Part shown: piece after piece, positions 52,451 through 64,000 of the stretch | Layout: each line of letters starts with the position of its first letter | Numbering within the stretch: position 1 is the first letter of the stretch | Origin: Eledone cirrhosa | Lineage: Eukaryota | Reading direction: 5' to 3' | Length of the DNA: 64,000 nucleotides | Assembly: GCA_964016885.1 (NCBI GenBank) | Contig: OZ024743.1 | Span: forward strand, 330,460,001 to 330,524,000 | The notes under the pieces: model-generated | The model's database searches: none | What the model saw: the letters and a program-made list of their open reading frames with translations, nothing else | What the model was told of the DNA's origin: nothing | Translations under genes and position numbers: made by a program

Positions 52451-52819
52451 CACATATATATATTAGATAAGGTGAGTTGCGTTATTTCTGCTCACTGCGT
52501 TCTACGTTCAATTCCCGCAGAGAAAAGTTTTGACTTCCACCTATTTGGGGACTATAAAAGAAAGGTACGAGGCCATTCAGTAAAAATGCAAACCTCTTAT
52601 CCTCTTGCTCTCACATCATGGATTTCCCTCTTGCTCATCGTTAGAAGCCCAAGAGTATGTTTATGTCAGCTCTCTGCTACATGGACATAGAACACCGTTA
52701 ACCAAAGCATGGTATATGCTGGTAATTCGATTGTGACTGACGAATGTAGATGTGTGTGTGTGTATGTATATGTGTGTATGTATAGGTGTGTCTTTGATGT
52801 ATATCTATATATGTGTGAG

Positions 52820-53415
52820 AAGGCGTATGGCTGAGTGGTTAGAGCAGGGGTTCCCAACCTTTTTATCGTTATCGCCCACTTTTCCACACACAAAAATTCC
52901 CATCGCCCACCTGTAAAGTAATTTTAAGGACGCAAAAATAAAGCATTATTCAGAATGGTTGTTTAAAAAATGAAATATTTATTGAGATGAAATATTGCAA
53001 AATAGTCATTTGGAATTGAAACGTTATTCAGAAGAATGAAGTTTTTGATTGCTAAATGTTTCTCAATGAAACAAAATTGTATTAAATGTTCAAGAAACTC
53101 ACCATGTCTAGACTAGGGAAGAGCGAATCCAAGCTCTGTGATTACAGCATACCGGCCATTATATGATCAATAACATACTTAATTACCGAAAATCCTTTGT
53201 CGCCCACCAAAATTTTAGATCGCCCACCATTTCCTAAAAATTCGTTCATCGCCCACCCAATAGTTGAAATCGCCTACCGGCGGGCGATATCACCCAGGTT
53301 GGGAAACCCTGGGTTAGAGTATTAAATTCGCAATCGTGAGGTTGTGAATTCGATTCCTGGACTGGGTGATGCGTTATGTCCTTGAGCAAAACCCTTTATT
53401 TCACGTTGCTCCTTC
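52820..53415 (+). mobile_element. SINE family 2 copy interrupted in its tRNA head by a MITE
   Basis: GGCGTATGGCTGAGTGGTTAGAG | GGTTAGAGTATTAAATTCGCAATCGTGAGGTTGTGAATTCGATTCC..TGTCCTTGAGCAAAACCCTTTATTTCACGTTGCTCC. Confidence 0.8.
52845..53311. mobile_element. hAT-superfamily (Charlie-like) MITE, 467 bp
   Basis: TIR CAGGGGTTCCCAACCT / AGGTTGGGAAACCCTG; perfect 8-bp TSD GGTTAGAG (52837-44, 53312-19); subterminal TCGCCCAC repeats. Confidence 0.93.
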
Positions 53416-54549
53416 TACTTGGAATTGCGACCGATAGATAGTATTAACAATTGGAAAGACCAATGGAAACATTGTTTCCTCGGTCCGATTCGACTGTCGA
53501 TATGTGTGTGAGTTACCCAGCTTTCTTCAAATATGAATGGTGGTTGTAGGTATGTATGTGTGTGTGTGTGTCTTTATATGTAAGACTGCATGTGTGTCGA
53601 TGTATATGTGTGGATTACTCATCCATCTTCAAAGGTCGACTGGATGGATTATAACTGTAGGTCCACCTTATACTCTCAGCTTACAATATTCCCTTAGAGG
53701 AAGTGCCATATCTCTATTCGTGGATATTCGGAGAAATGTCAACGGAATTCGGTTCGGGGTTCATACACTTTCAACTGAAAATGTAGGACACGTCTTTCAA
53801 AATGCGATTTGTTGCCCATATAGAGTATAGATTTCTATATACCTGCGTTCTGTATAAACTTGCATTCTTTAATTATTCAGTAACTATTTCAAGTCCGAGC
53901 TGAACAAGCTTTCCACCATATTTGCACTAAACTATATTTTTTAATCCTCAGATAAATATATATAACATCAAAGGAATGGTACCTGGCACTGGGTTCCCTT
54001 GTGGTAAACAGATAAGAAAGGAGAAACAAACCTAGAGTCATTAGCCAGTGCATTAACGTGAATATCCAGGTGGGTGTGGTATCCGGCTAGGTGTGTTATA
54101 CGGGTAGGTAGGTATGTGATCCAGGTAGATGAATTAAGGTAAGCCAAATTAATTATATTTCTTAAGTAAAAACAAAATACCAGCTGAAGGATAGTTTTCT
54201 TGTATTAATATCTCTCCTCTTTCTTCTCTTAGTCAGATACACACATACACACACACACACACACGCACACATATATATATATAGAGAGAGAGAGAGATAT
54301 AGAGAGATAGGGGGAGAAAGGGAGAAAGGGAGAGAGAAGTGGAGGAGAGAGGGGGGGGAGAAAGGGGAGAGAGAGAGAGAGAGAGAAAGAGAAAGAAAGG
54401 GAGAGAGAGAGAGGGGGGGAGACAGAGAGAGAGAGTGAGTGAGAGAGAGAGAGACTGCAGATTTGCAGAGTCGATAGAACGTCGGATAGAATGCTTTACG
54501 GTGTTGGTTTCGACTCTCTTCTTTTTTAGTCCGAATCCCGCTGAGGTCA

Positions 54550-54613
<64 letters not shown>

Positions 54614-54634
54614 CTGTTTGTCTATGTGTCTGTG

Positions 54635-56335
54635 TATGTATCTTCGCCCATTTATTCCTGAGAGGGTTTGGGGGCACTCTATCGAATAACGTTACTCCAA
54701 AGACACTTCAGAGGGATCCCGTTTCAGCCACTTGTATTCGCGATCGCATTGATTGAAGATAGCGAGTTTGACTTTTACACCTACCTCCATCCTTCTCATT
54801 ACTGAATGCTCAAACTGGCGCATTATTGTAATTCTTGGCATAATTTAGACTCCTGCCTTTCATCATTTGTGAACACGACCCGAGTTCCATTCACATGTAG
54901 AGTGAACTGCACAGATTTCCTTGATAGGACGACTGTCTCAGTTTTCATGGCACTGATTTTCATTGCATCCATGCAAAACTCGGCATCAAACCTATCAAGT
55001 GCAAGTCGGAGATGATATTCTGTCGAGTTAAGTAACACCATGTCGCCTACACGTTCGAGTCGACTGATTTTATCCGAACACAAATACTGGGATTTTCATA
55101 TGAATACATCGAAGCAATAAGAAGTTGACCATCGATTCCATAGTCCTGCAGAACCTTCCACGGCAGGTCCCGTGGAACACGGTCATATGCCTTTTCGAGG
55201 GCTACAAAACAAGAATACATCTCTTGGCAGTACCCCCACAATTTCGCAAAGACCTGCCTCAGTGTGAAGATTTGGTCGGTTGCGTAATCCGCACTGTTCA
55301 TTCATCAGCTAGCTTAGACGTGACAATCTCCCTACATCTTTTTGCCAGACACTTACCATAGACTCTACGGGAGGTTTAACAAGGAGATCCCTCTATAATT
55401 GGAGCAATCTCTCGTGTCACGCTTTTTGGAAATTGGGATTATCACTGCCGAATGCTATTGCTTAGGTGTCTTTCCAGATATCCAGACCACCCGGCACACA
55501 AAATCAGTCAAAGAATACCTTCTTTATTTAAGGCTTTTAACATCACGGCCTGAATTTCATCCTCCCCAGTGGCCTTACTACATTTGAGCTCTTTAACTGC
55601 TCAGGTGACCTTAACCTCCTAGAGATTAGTCACCACTCCCAGATGCCCCTCCTGTACATAAGAAGATTCTGTTATGATCGGGTTTAGGAGATCAGCAATG
55701 TATTCTCACCACCTCGCGAGGATGCACCTCTCTGCAGAGAAGAGAACACCAGATGCGTTCCTGATAGCAGGTGTGGAGGAGGACTTCTTTTTACGAAGTC
55801 GGCAGATGGTCCGCCGCCAGAACACACTATTTACTGATCAGAAGTGGGATTCCAACTTAACCCCAAAGTCCTCCCATGTGTTAACTTTGGGCGCCTTTAT
55901 CGTCTATGGTGTGTTACTTCGTGCCTACCTGTACCGCAAGTACAAGAAGGAGGACTTATTTCCAGGCCAAGATTTTTAAGAGTTTTTATTTGTTCGGATA
56001 TTATATTTGACCCTTCATTGGACCAAAGGGTCCGCATGCCACCCGGTGGTACGCCAAGCCGTTTTTACCCGTAGCATTCAACAGCTGAAGAAATAACCTC
56101 TGAGCTAAACAATCTTCACTCCGTTTTTTTCAGGGAGTTCTCTGAATAGGGGTGTAATAATAGTATCTGCATACTTGGTCCTGACTTCCTTATCCACCAA
56201 CGCCTCAAACCTAATCCTGAAGGTGGACCTGGACATGTCAGTTGGGCTCCTTTGGCTTTAGATAGTCTCATGTTACAGATAACTAGATGGTAATTAGTTG
56301 ACAGCTCAGTCCCTCTCTTTTGTGAGCTCACAAAA
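54635..56335 (-). pseudogene. Degenerate RTE-clade LINE with endonuclease-end and RT remnants
   Basis: TELSTNYHLV (SDH-like endonuclease end), DQIFTLRQ..CFVALEKAYDRVPR (RT), MKISAMKTETVV. Many frameshifts. Confidence 0.85.
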
Positions 56336-56384
56336 ATGAGATAAGGTAGGGCAGATCAAAGGAGAGACACAATATAATAACAAC

Positions 56385-56595
56385 ATAGTCATTCAAAGGG
56401 TCACAGAATTTGTGAAGAAAGCTTTGACACAAAACAACTAAACAACTATCCGCTTATTAAACTAACCGACTGGGAGTTTATAATATATAACAGGTGCGTG
56501 TGTTTTTATTGGCAGCATGACCCTCACAAAGTATAACATTATCTGTTTCAACACATGGTTTCAGATAAGAAATCTTGAAAAAACAAATACAAAAC

Positions 56596-56600
<5 letters not shown>
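56385..56600 (+). mobile_element. Degenerate family C copy with full 3' end
   Basis: AGTCA..GGTCACAGAATTTGTGAAGAAAG..GTGCGTGTGTTTTTATTGGCAGCATGACCCTC..TTTCAGATAAGAAATCTTG. Confidence 0.7.
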
Positions 56601-56625
<25 letters not shown>

Positions 56626-56626
<1 letters not shown>

Positions 56627-57070
56627 ATTGGAAATTTAGTAAAATCGAATCTCTGGCGGTTTGCAAGCAAATTCGGCCTACTTATATGAGATGAATGAGT
56701 TAGCAAAGCACTCAATAAGGTAGGTCCTTAGAGTAATAACATACGTTTAAATAGCTTGACAAATCGAACATTGTGGTAGGCAAAATCTAACACAATAATA
56801 TACCTAAGTAACGATAGAACTAACAGGTTGAGAAAAATACACCTGAACAAATCAAACGATTATACATTTAAAGTGTTTCTTTCAATCCGAAATCAAATAT
56901 CAGACTTATGTGACTGGCAAGCTCGTGGTATTCATGATCGAACAGAGGATTCAGTTCTTCAACAGGTTTTCGTTCTACCCAGGACGGGGTGATAGGCTAA
57001 ATGTTGCCGCTAGATGCAGCGTATCGTATCTATAGCTGTCACGTGTTAATTCCAGCAAGGGAAATAACCA
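56626..57070. mobile_element. Family D second copy
   Basis: Collinear homology to 44029-44470. Confidence 0.85.
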
Positions 57071-57276
57071 TATATATATATATATATATGGAGGAAGTTA
57101 TAGTTCACTTGAAGCATTGTGTAATGAGGTATAAACGTTTGTATATGTATAGTAAGATATTGTTGACAATTAGTCTTTTACATTAGATTTATTTATATGT
57201 CCTTAATTTTCGAGATAATATCTCTTCTTCGGAGGGAAGTAAATTCCGATTATAAATATAAATGAAAATATAGAAA

Positions 57277-57362
<86 letters not shown>

Positions 57363-57604
57363 AATGTGTCTGTGTTTACATACATAAAATTATTCAAACA
57401 TATATACATATATTAAAATTTGTAAAGGTATCGTAAAATTCATTTTGGTATGTTGTATTTAGTTTATGGCTTACCTGTCGTCAGGTGAGAAATATTTAGC
57501 AACTATACCAAATATGTAACAAATATATATTTAATATATAGCAAGTATATAGTAAATATATATTTAATATTAGTGCATAACCTAAATACAGAAATTTATT
57601 TTGA

Positions 57605-57895
57605 TATTCCAAATGTTTTATTAAAAGTTCAACAAAGAAGTATGCGACTCGCAGGTTACTGCACGTGACACAATGATGAGGTGGAAAACAAGTTATTGCT
57701 CTGGAAACCTATTGAGAGAAGAATCAGTAGAGGAAGGAGAAAAATCACCTACATAGACAGTCCAGTAGAAGTCACAGAGACGGAGACAGTAGAGGAACTT
57801 ATGACCATCATGAATGACCATGGCGAAAGGAAACGACGTGTGGAATCAGTAGGGCGTCCCACTGGACAACAGAGGATAGGATAGGATAACTTTGA
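57605..57895 (+). mobile_element. RTE-like LINE 3' fragment (divergent), GATAG-repeat tail
   Basis: KVQQRSMRLAG..KLLLWKP..RGRRKITYID. Confidence 0.7.
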
Positions 57896-57997
57896 TTGGT
57901 TTCGGCCAGTATTGGCCCAAACCATGTCTAACTTAATAGCACCACCTGGATATAGCACATATATAGCAAATATATTATAAATATATAGAATATGTAA

Positions 57998-58332
57998 AAG
58001 GTAAGGTAACGACTACCTTCGGACACGAGTGACCATGGGAGTTGCACCTAGAAAGTTCCCCTCCAAGAAAGGTTGTTTGTGGAAGACCAGCAGTCACCCC
58101 TGCATACCAGCCTCCCTTCTCCATGCCACCAATGTTGTCCAAGGGAAAGGCTAAAGTCGATACAGCTTGGCACTAGTGACGTCGCAACTCATTTCTACAG
58201 CTGAGTAAACTAGAGTAACGTAAAATAAAATGTCCTGCTCAAGAACACCAACACACAGCTCGGTCTGAGAATCGAACTCACAAATTCACGATTATAAGCC
58301 CGACGCTCTAACCACTAAGACATGCGCCTTCA
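57998..58332 (-). mobile_element. SINE family 2 copy
   Basis: Collinear with 38387-38716. Confidence 0.85.
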
Positions 58333-58425
58333 CTGTAGAATATATATATATAGTAAATATATTGTAAATATGTAACATATATATAGTAAATAAATATATA
58401 CGGTAAATATATTGTAAATATCTAT

Positions 58426-58752
58426 CTAGGGCGGGTAAAATTCCCGAGATCCAAGGACGAGTTCTCTCCAGCGGTCTCTGTCCCTCATTATCGCTGCCAT
58501 GTCCTGCGCCTTCAAGAGACCAGTGTCAGTCCTTAGGCCATCAACATATGTTAACCTTGGTCTTCCTCTTCCAGTGTGTCCATGCAGTGGCTCCCACAGG
58601 AGCACTGAGTGCAGTGTCAACGCTGGATGTCGGTGAACATGTCCAGCTAACCTCAGTCTCCTCTGGGCTACTCTCGAGATGACTTTTGGGAGGCTTCCGT
58701 ACAGCTCTGAGTTCTTCATCCTCAGTGTATACTGATTAATGTTCAGAGCCAT
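58426..58752 (-). mobile_element. RTE-like LINE 3' fragment
   Basis: MALNINQYTLRMKNSELYGSLPKV..RLRLAGH..GRGRPRLTYVD. Confidence 0.9.
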
Positions 58753-58859
58753 ATATATAGTAAATAAATATATACAGTAAATATATTGTAAATATATGAA
58801 ATATATAATAGCTATAGTAAATAAACATGAAAAGAAATAAACTGTTCAAATCCCAGAGA

Positions 58860-59064
58860 CTCATCAGGTCAGTGTTTTCCTGGTTCTATTGCCATTAAGT
58901 GACTGAATGTAGAAGCTTGTCTGTCACAGAATTTATCTCCAACTACTGATGATACGTAATTTAAACTGAGTGAACTGTTACAAGGTGAAACGAAACGTTT
59001 TGCTCAAGAACAAAACGTGTTACCCAGCACAAGCATCGGATCCAACACCTTAACCACTAGGCCA
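58860..59064 (-). mobile_element. Degenerate SINE family 2-related copy
   Basis: TTGCTCAAGAACA..TAACCACTAGGCCA. Confidence 0.55.
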
Positions 59065-59450
59065 CTTGTATTGCTTTATAATTCAACCATTATCATCAGA
59101 TATTCCATTTACTTTGTTCTATCTCTCTAAATCTTTCTCTATCTATCTCGGTATCCATTTATCAGTCTCCTTGTATATCACTTCCTTTCTCTCTATATAT
59201 CTATCTTTCTATCTACCTCTGTTTCACTCTATATATCCCGCCCACCCGCTCTCTCTCTCTCTCTCTCTCACGCTCTGTCCAGCTCTTGTTCTATTTCTGA
59301 CTCTTCACTCTGTCTCATTCCCTTTCTCCCCACCCTCTCTCTATATATTTATCTTCCTAGCTATCTCTGTCCCACTCTATAATCTCTGCTCCTCTCTCTC
59401 ATACTCACGTTCTATCTCTCTTTCTGTCTACTCCTATCTCACTCTATGTT

Positions 59451-59481
<31 letters not shown>

Positions 59482-59683
59482 TGATAGAGTAAGACACGCT
59501 TCACATCGGCTCCGCTATTCTATCGGGATTTACCCTTACTATTGTAAGTACCGGATAAATTTTTCAGTGCAACACATTTGGAACACTAACCCCTGTTATT
59601 TAGGGAAACATTTTTGCATTTACCCCCTTTTTAGGGGGTAAAATAAATATCTAATTTTGCCGAAAAATTTCGTTCTTGGCAGC

Positions 59684-61450
59684 ATGGCGGAAAAGATGGC
59701 AGACATGTCTGCCATTAGCTCTGCCACGCCCCCCAAGTCTGAAGAACAAAAAAAAAAAAAATAATTACAACAAAATTAGACAAAGAAACAAACAAAGAAA
59801 ATGAAAAAACAAATGTTAAGGAAAATGAGCAAACGGAAAACAAACAAACAGAAAATAATACAAATAACAACAGGGCAACTTTCGCCCAGAAAACAAAACA
59901 ATCCATTACATACACACCAATTGACCTAACGGCCGCCAGAGAAAAACTGGCCGAAGCAAAGAAACACATTGTTTTGGGGTAAAATGGAATGTTTTCCATT
60001 AACTCCCCCCCCCCCCCCAGAATTCAAGAAAACGAGAACAGAGAACACAGTTCTCTTCAGAACAATCCTAAACGAAACAAGAAAGCCAGCACAGCCCAGC
60101 CAAATGGAGATAGAGTTGGTCCTAAAAGACTATATGAAGAATATTCTCTTCATACGAAAGGACCGACTCTATGGCAGCATTTCGGTCTTAACAAAAGACA
60201 AGGAAACGGCGGAGAAGCTTTCCATAAGCCCACTCTCATCGACAACATACAGCTTCTATCCCTCCTACATGGGTAGAAGAACACAGAGAGTAAAAATACA
60301 AACAATGCTGCCCACAATGGACTTCTGGTGGGCTATTGCTGGCTTCATAGACATGGGCGAGGACACAGTGCTGTCAATGGGGAAGGCATCCGGAGATGCG
60401 TTTCTGGGAATGGGCCTCGACCTACTAGTCCAAATGAGGCCCGAAAGAATAGCACAAATCCCGGATCGCATCTGGCTGGATGAGCTCACCCCAATAGATA
60501 TAATTGTAGAGGGGAGAAGACCAGCATGCTATTTATGCATGGAAAGGGGACACATTAAGGCTAACTGCCCGAAACGTGTCCCCCAAAAAGGACTATTGCC
60601 CACACCCACCACAAACAGTACACCAACACCACCCACCTCCAAAAATACACTAATACCACACACAGCAAACAAAATACAAACACCACCAAGCACATCACCA
60701 CCACCAGCAGCAAACACAAGCTCGACACAAAAATCACCACCACCATCACCAACACAAACACCATCACCACCATTACCAACCACAAGCACGACACAAACAG
60801 CACCACCACCACCACAAAACGCATTCCAAACAAATAATAAAAAAAACAGCAACAAATCTACCCCTCCCGCAAAAAAAAAACCAGACACGACGTCCCTCCC
60901 ACCTAGCGCTGAAGAGTTTCCCCCAACTTCTGAAGAAGAAGGAGGAGAAGCCTTCAGACAAGTTAAAAGAAAAAAAAGAAAGCACACACCCAGCACACCA
61001 CAAATAACCCACACACAAACACCAACTCCAATAAAAAACACCCTACCCTCAACAAACAAAAATAAATCTGCGCCTCCCCTCTCCGAAACATTGACAGCAT
61101 CACAAAAAAAGACATTGCAATACACATATATAAATAAAGAAAACAAAAAACTGTTTAAATTAATAAACAATAGCCCTTTGGTGCAGACCGAAGGGCCAAA
61201 CTTTATCTCAACAGAGAACTTCACCCATTTAAAAATGATAAAGGTCCCTCTGGACCTTTATCGTTCCTTAAAAGAACAATTTAGACAGGACGTGAGCCCC
61301 CCCCCCCTGTTTAAAACCGTTAAATCGCGTCCTCTTGAAAGATTTCCCCATAACCTCCCCTCACCCCGACACAACTCCAAACACCCCAACCCAACCACAC
61401 TCGGGCACCCCCACACCACCACAAAACATCCCTCCACCCAACACACCTGA
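59684..61450 (+). CDS. LINE ORF1, gag-like CCHC protein; N-terminus interrupted by frameshifts in homopolymer runs
   Basis: CYLCMERGHIKANC (CX2CX4HX4C), ATFAQK motif, Pro/Thr-rich C-terminal half. The track ORF is 59969-61450; the upstream ATG at 59684 is in the same frame, but the coding-like stretch between them is shifted. Confidence 0.8.
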
Positions 61451-61519
61451 CGCCATGGAAATTATACAACCCGGAGAGGTAAGTGCTTTTCTTTCTTCAC
61501 TTTCAACACCAAAATAGAT

Positions 61520-64000
61520 CAATTAAGAGTTGGCTGTTTGAACGCGCGTGGCCTGGGCTCAGCTTGGAAGCAAGCAAAGCTACTAAGTGACCTCAGGTCA
61601 CGAAGTATAGATGTGATGGTTGTTTGCGAGAGTCGGATCAGCAGCGTGCGACAGCTGGCTCCCGCCTTCGATACTTTGAGATGCACGCATCTCTCTGTCA
61701 ACCCGGAGGCGGGGGGGGGGGGGGGAGTTGCCGTACTGCTGGATAAACGTCTGGCTCTCGACGTACAGATTGTTCACTCGGACCCGGGGGGTCGAATACT
61801 GGTGCTGGACGTCGGAGGCGGTGAAGGCGGGGCTTTCAGACTGGTCGGTCTTTATGCCCCCTTCGGGGCTGAAAGAGCCGACTTCTTCCAGCGTCTGGAG
61901 ACTTTTCTAGGAACGTCGCGTTCCCTGCTTTTAGTGGGGGACTGGAATGGAATCCTAGATGCGCGTTGGGACTATGCAGGGGCATGTCCCGATAGAGGGG
62001 GGTTGTAGCAGCCTCAAGGGGTTACTCGATCGATTCGACCTGGTCGATAGATTTCGACTAGATTGTCCAACTGCGCAACCTGGACCTGGGCAAACCGCAG
62101 TGGACAATCTAGATCGTACCTAGATAGGTTTTTGGTTAGGAGTAAGGATAGGGACGTATTTAGTTGTCCAGAATTGATCATGGTTGGCTATTCAGATCAC
62201 AAATTAGTGACCTGCGTGGTCAACCTTGATAGAACGCATAGACAGGGTCCCGGTTACTGGAAGATGAACTTGTCCTTGCCGCAAAGAAAGATTACAGGAA
62301 CCGGATTAGTAGCTTAGTTAAGATGCGGTTGACGGGAGCGATTGTCAACAGTAGGTGGTGGGTATCTCTAAGAGAGAGATTAGAGTAAGTTCGATAGGTT
62401 ACAGTAAGGAACTAGCGGCGAATAGAAATAGGAAGGAAAGGGAGTTAACAGATAAACTAGAAGAGGCGATCAGGAGCGGAGACGTAGCCAGAGTGTTAGC
62501 GGCTAGAACGGCGTTGAGCCAGTTCTTTGACGCGAAGCACGAAGGCTGCGTTGTCCAAAGTAAAATACGTGCTTTAGGAAACGAGGGGACCAAAGCTGTT
62601 AGCTGGGCCCGCGTGACAGAAGCCAAGAGTGGGATTAATCCACCATTCGGTCTTTGCGAGACCAGGATGGACGGGTGATCCTTGAACCTGAGCGGATGTG
62701 CGAGGCCTTTCAAAGGCACTTTGCTCGACTGTTCGGAGGGGGGCGGGGGCCGGACGGGGATGTGGACTTCGGTCCATACCTCGACGGTCTACCGAAGCGG
62801 AGTGCTGCGAAAGGCCAATCACAGCCACTGAAATCGGGGAAGCTCTCAGCCAATGCAGCAGACGCAAATCTCCGGGTCTCGATGGTCTACCATACGAACT
62901 TTATTTAGCTATGCCGGTCTTGTTCTCCGAACTCCTCGAAGCTGTCTATTGCAACTGGCAACAGAACGGGAGAATTCCCTGTTCTGTGACCAAGGGGCGT
63001 GGTCACGCTAGTGAGGAAGGACGAGAGCAAGGGGGACGACTTAAGTAACTTTAGGCCCATAACTCTGCTGAATGCAGAGTTACAGATTTTGGCCAAGGTG
63101 TTGGCGAAGAGGTTGGCGCTTGTGGTGGGTGGTTTGGTGGGAGACGCGCAGACATGCGCTATCCGTCCAGGTCCATTCACGACAACCTCCACCTCATGCG
63201 ATACATCATAGAGAGGGTTGGCAACGAACCCGGCTTTGGTGGGGCCCTGATCAACTTGGATCAATCTAAGGCGTTCGATAGGGTCGACCATGGTTACCTG
63301 GAAGCGGTGCTAGCGGCGGCGGGCTTCGGACCCGTTTTCAGGGGCTGGATTTCTGCCATGCACAGTGGCAACATCTACTCTAGGATTAAAGTAAACGGCT
63401 ACCTCTCGGAGCCGTTTCAAATCACCCGGTCCATCAGACAGGGGTGCCCCCTCTCCTCCCTTCTGTACGTATTGACTCTCGAGCCACTGCTGCGGAAGTT
63501 GGAGTTGCTGCGGGGCATACCCCTGGAACCGAGATTGCACAAAGCGGTCTCGGCCTATGCCGACGACGTAACAGTAATGGTGGCGGACGCCTCGGAAATC
63601 GGGGCGATCGCCACCCTACTGGAGGAATACGAAAGGCTGACGGGGGCTAGGCTGAACCGGGACAAGTCAGTCGGTTTGCAACTCGGAACGTGGAGGGGCA
63701 AACCGATGCCGTTAGATGGTGTCGTCGGGCGGTGGACGGAGGGCCCGGTGAAGCTGCTCGGGGTCTGGTTCGGACCGGACCTCCAGGTGGAGAAGAATTG
63801 GGGCGAGGTGACGAGCAGGGTGTTTGCGCTGACCCAGAAGTGGGCCAAGTGCAAACTATCACTGAAAGGTCGGGCGGAGGTGACGAACGCTTACATAGCG
63901 TCCGTCATCTGCTACCGCCTGACCGTCGTGCCTTGCCCCAAGGAAAAGCTCACCATCATGGAACGCATGCTCTTCCAGTTCCTCTGGAAGAAGCGGCCTC
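61520..64000 (+). pseudogene. LINE ORF2 (APE endonuclease + reverse transcriptase), frameshifted
   Basis: VGCLNARGL, GGVAVLL, LLVGDWN, SYLDRF, YSDHKLV, GPGYWKMN; KSPGLDGLPYELY, NFRPITLLN, LDQSKAFDRV, RQGCPLS, YADD at 63556-63567. Confidence 0.92.

Larger units (their letters stand above)
59480..64000 (+). mobile_element. L1/Tx1-clade non-LTR retrotransposon, 5' portion (runs off the window)
   Basis: 5' UTR, ORF1 with a zinc knuckle, then ORF2 with APE endonuclease and RT. The 5' boundary is approximate. Confidence 0.9.

Overview
AT-rich, repeat-dense eukaryotic DNA with no recognisable host protein-coding gene. The tRNA-derived SINEs, RTE fragments and long (TA)n/(CA)n/(GA)n tracts suggest an invertebrate, most likely a cephalopod such as Octopus (inference). 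Nearly all ORFs in the track are artefacts of simple repeats. Contents: a 15.6-kb (TATGAGAGAGTGTG)n-type satellite, five minisatellites, two main SINE families, several RTE-clade LINE fragments, small DNA-transposon MITEs, and the 5' ~4.5 kb of an L1/Tx1-clade LINE. The main signal is non-coding. Several distinct short elements flanked by microsatellite carry hammerhead ribozyme (HHR) motifs that I folded by hand. These are a canonical type I HHR at 47643-47740, minimal Penelope-type HHRs at 15666-15721, 31226-31285 and 45928-45972/46082-46126, and a variant core in each full unit of a near-identical 616-bp tandem array (47960-51954). These elements repeatedly occur as asymmetric fold-back pairs whose junctions often fall in the ribozyme core or stem II. 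This resembles a set of non-autonomous Penelope-like/retrozyme elements. Ribozyme activity is not demonstrated; all folds are manual and coordinates of diverged repeats are approximate.
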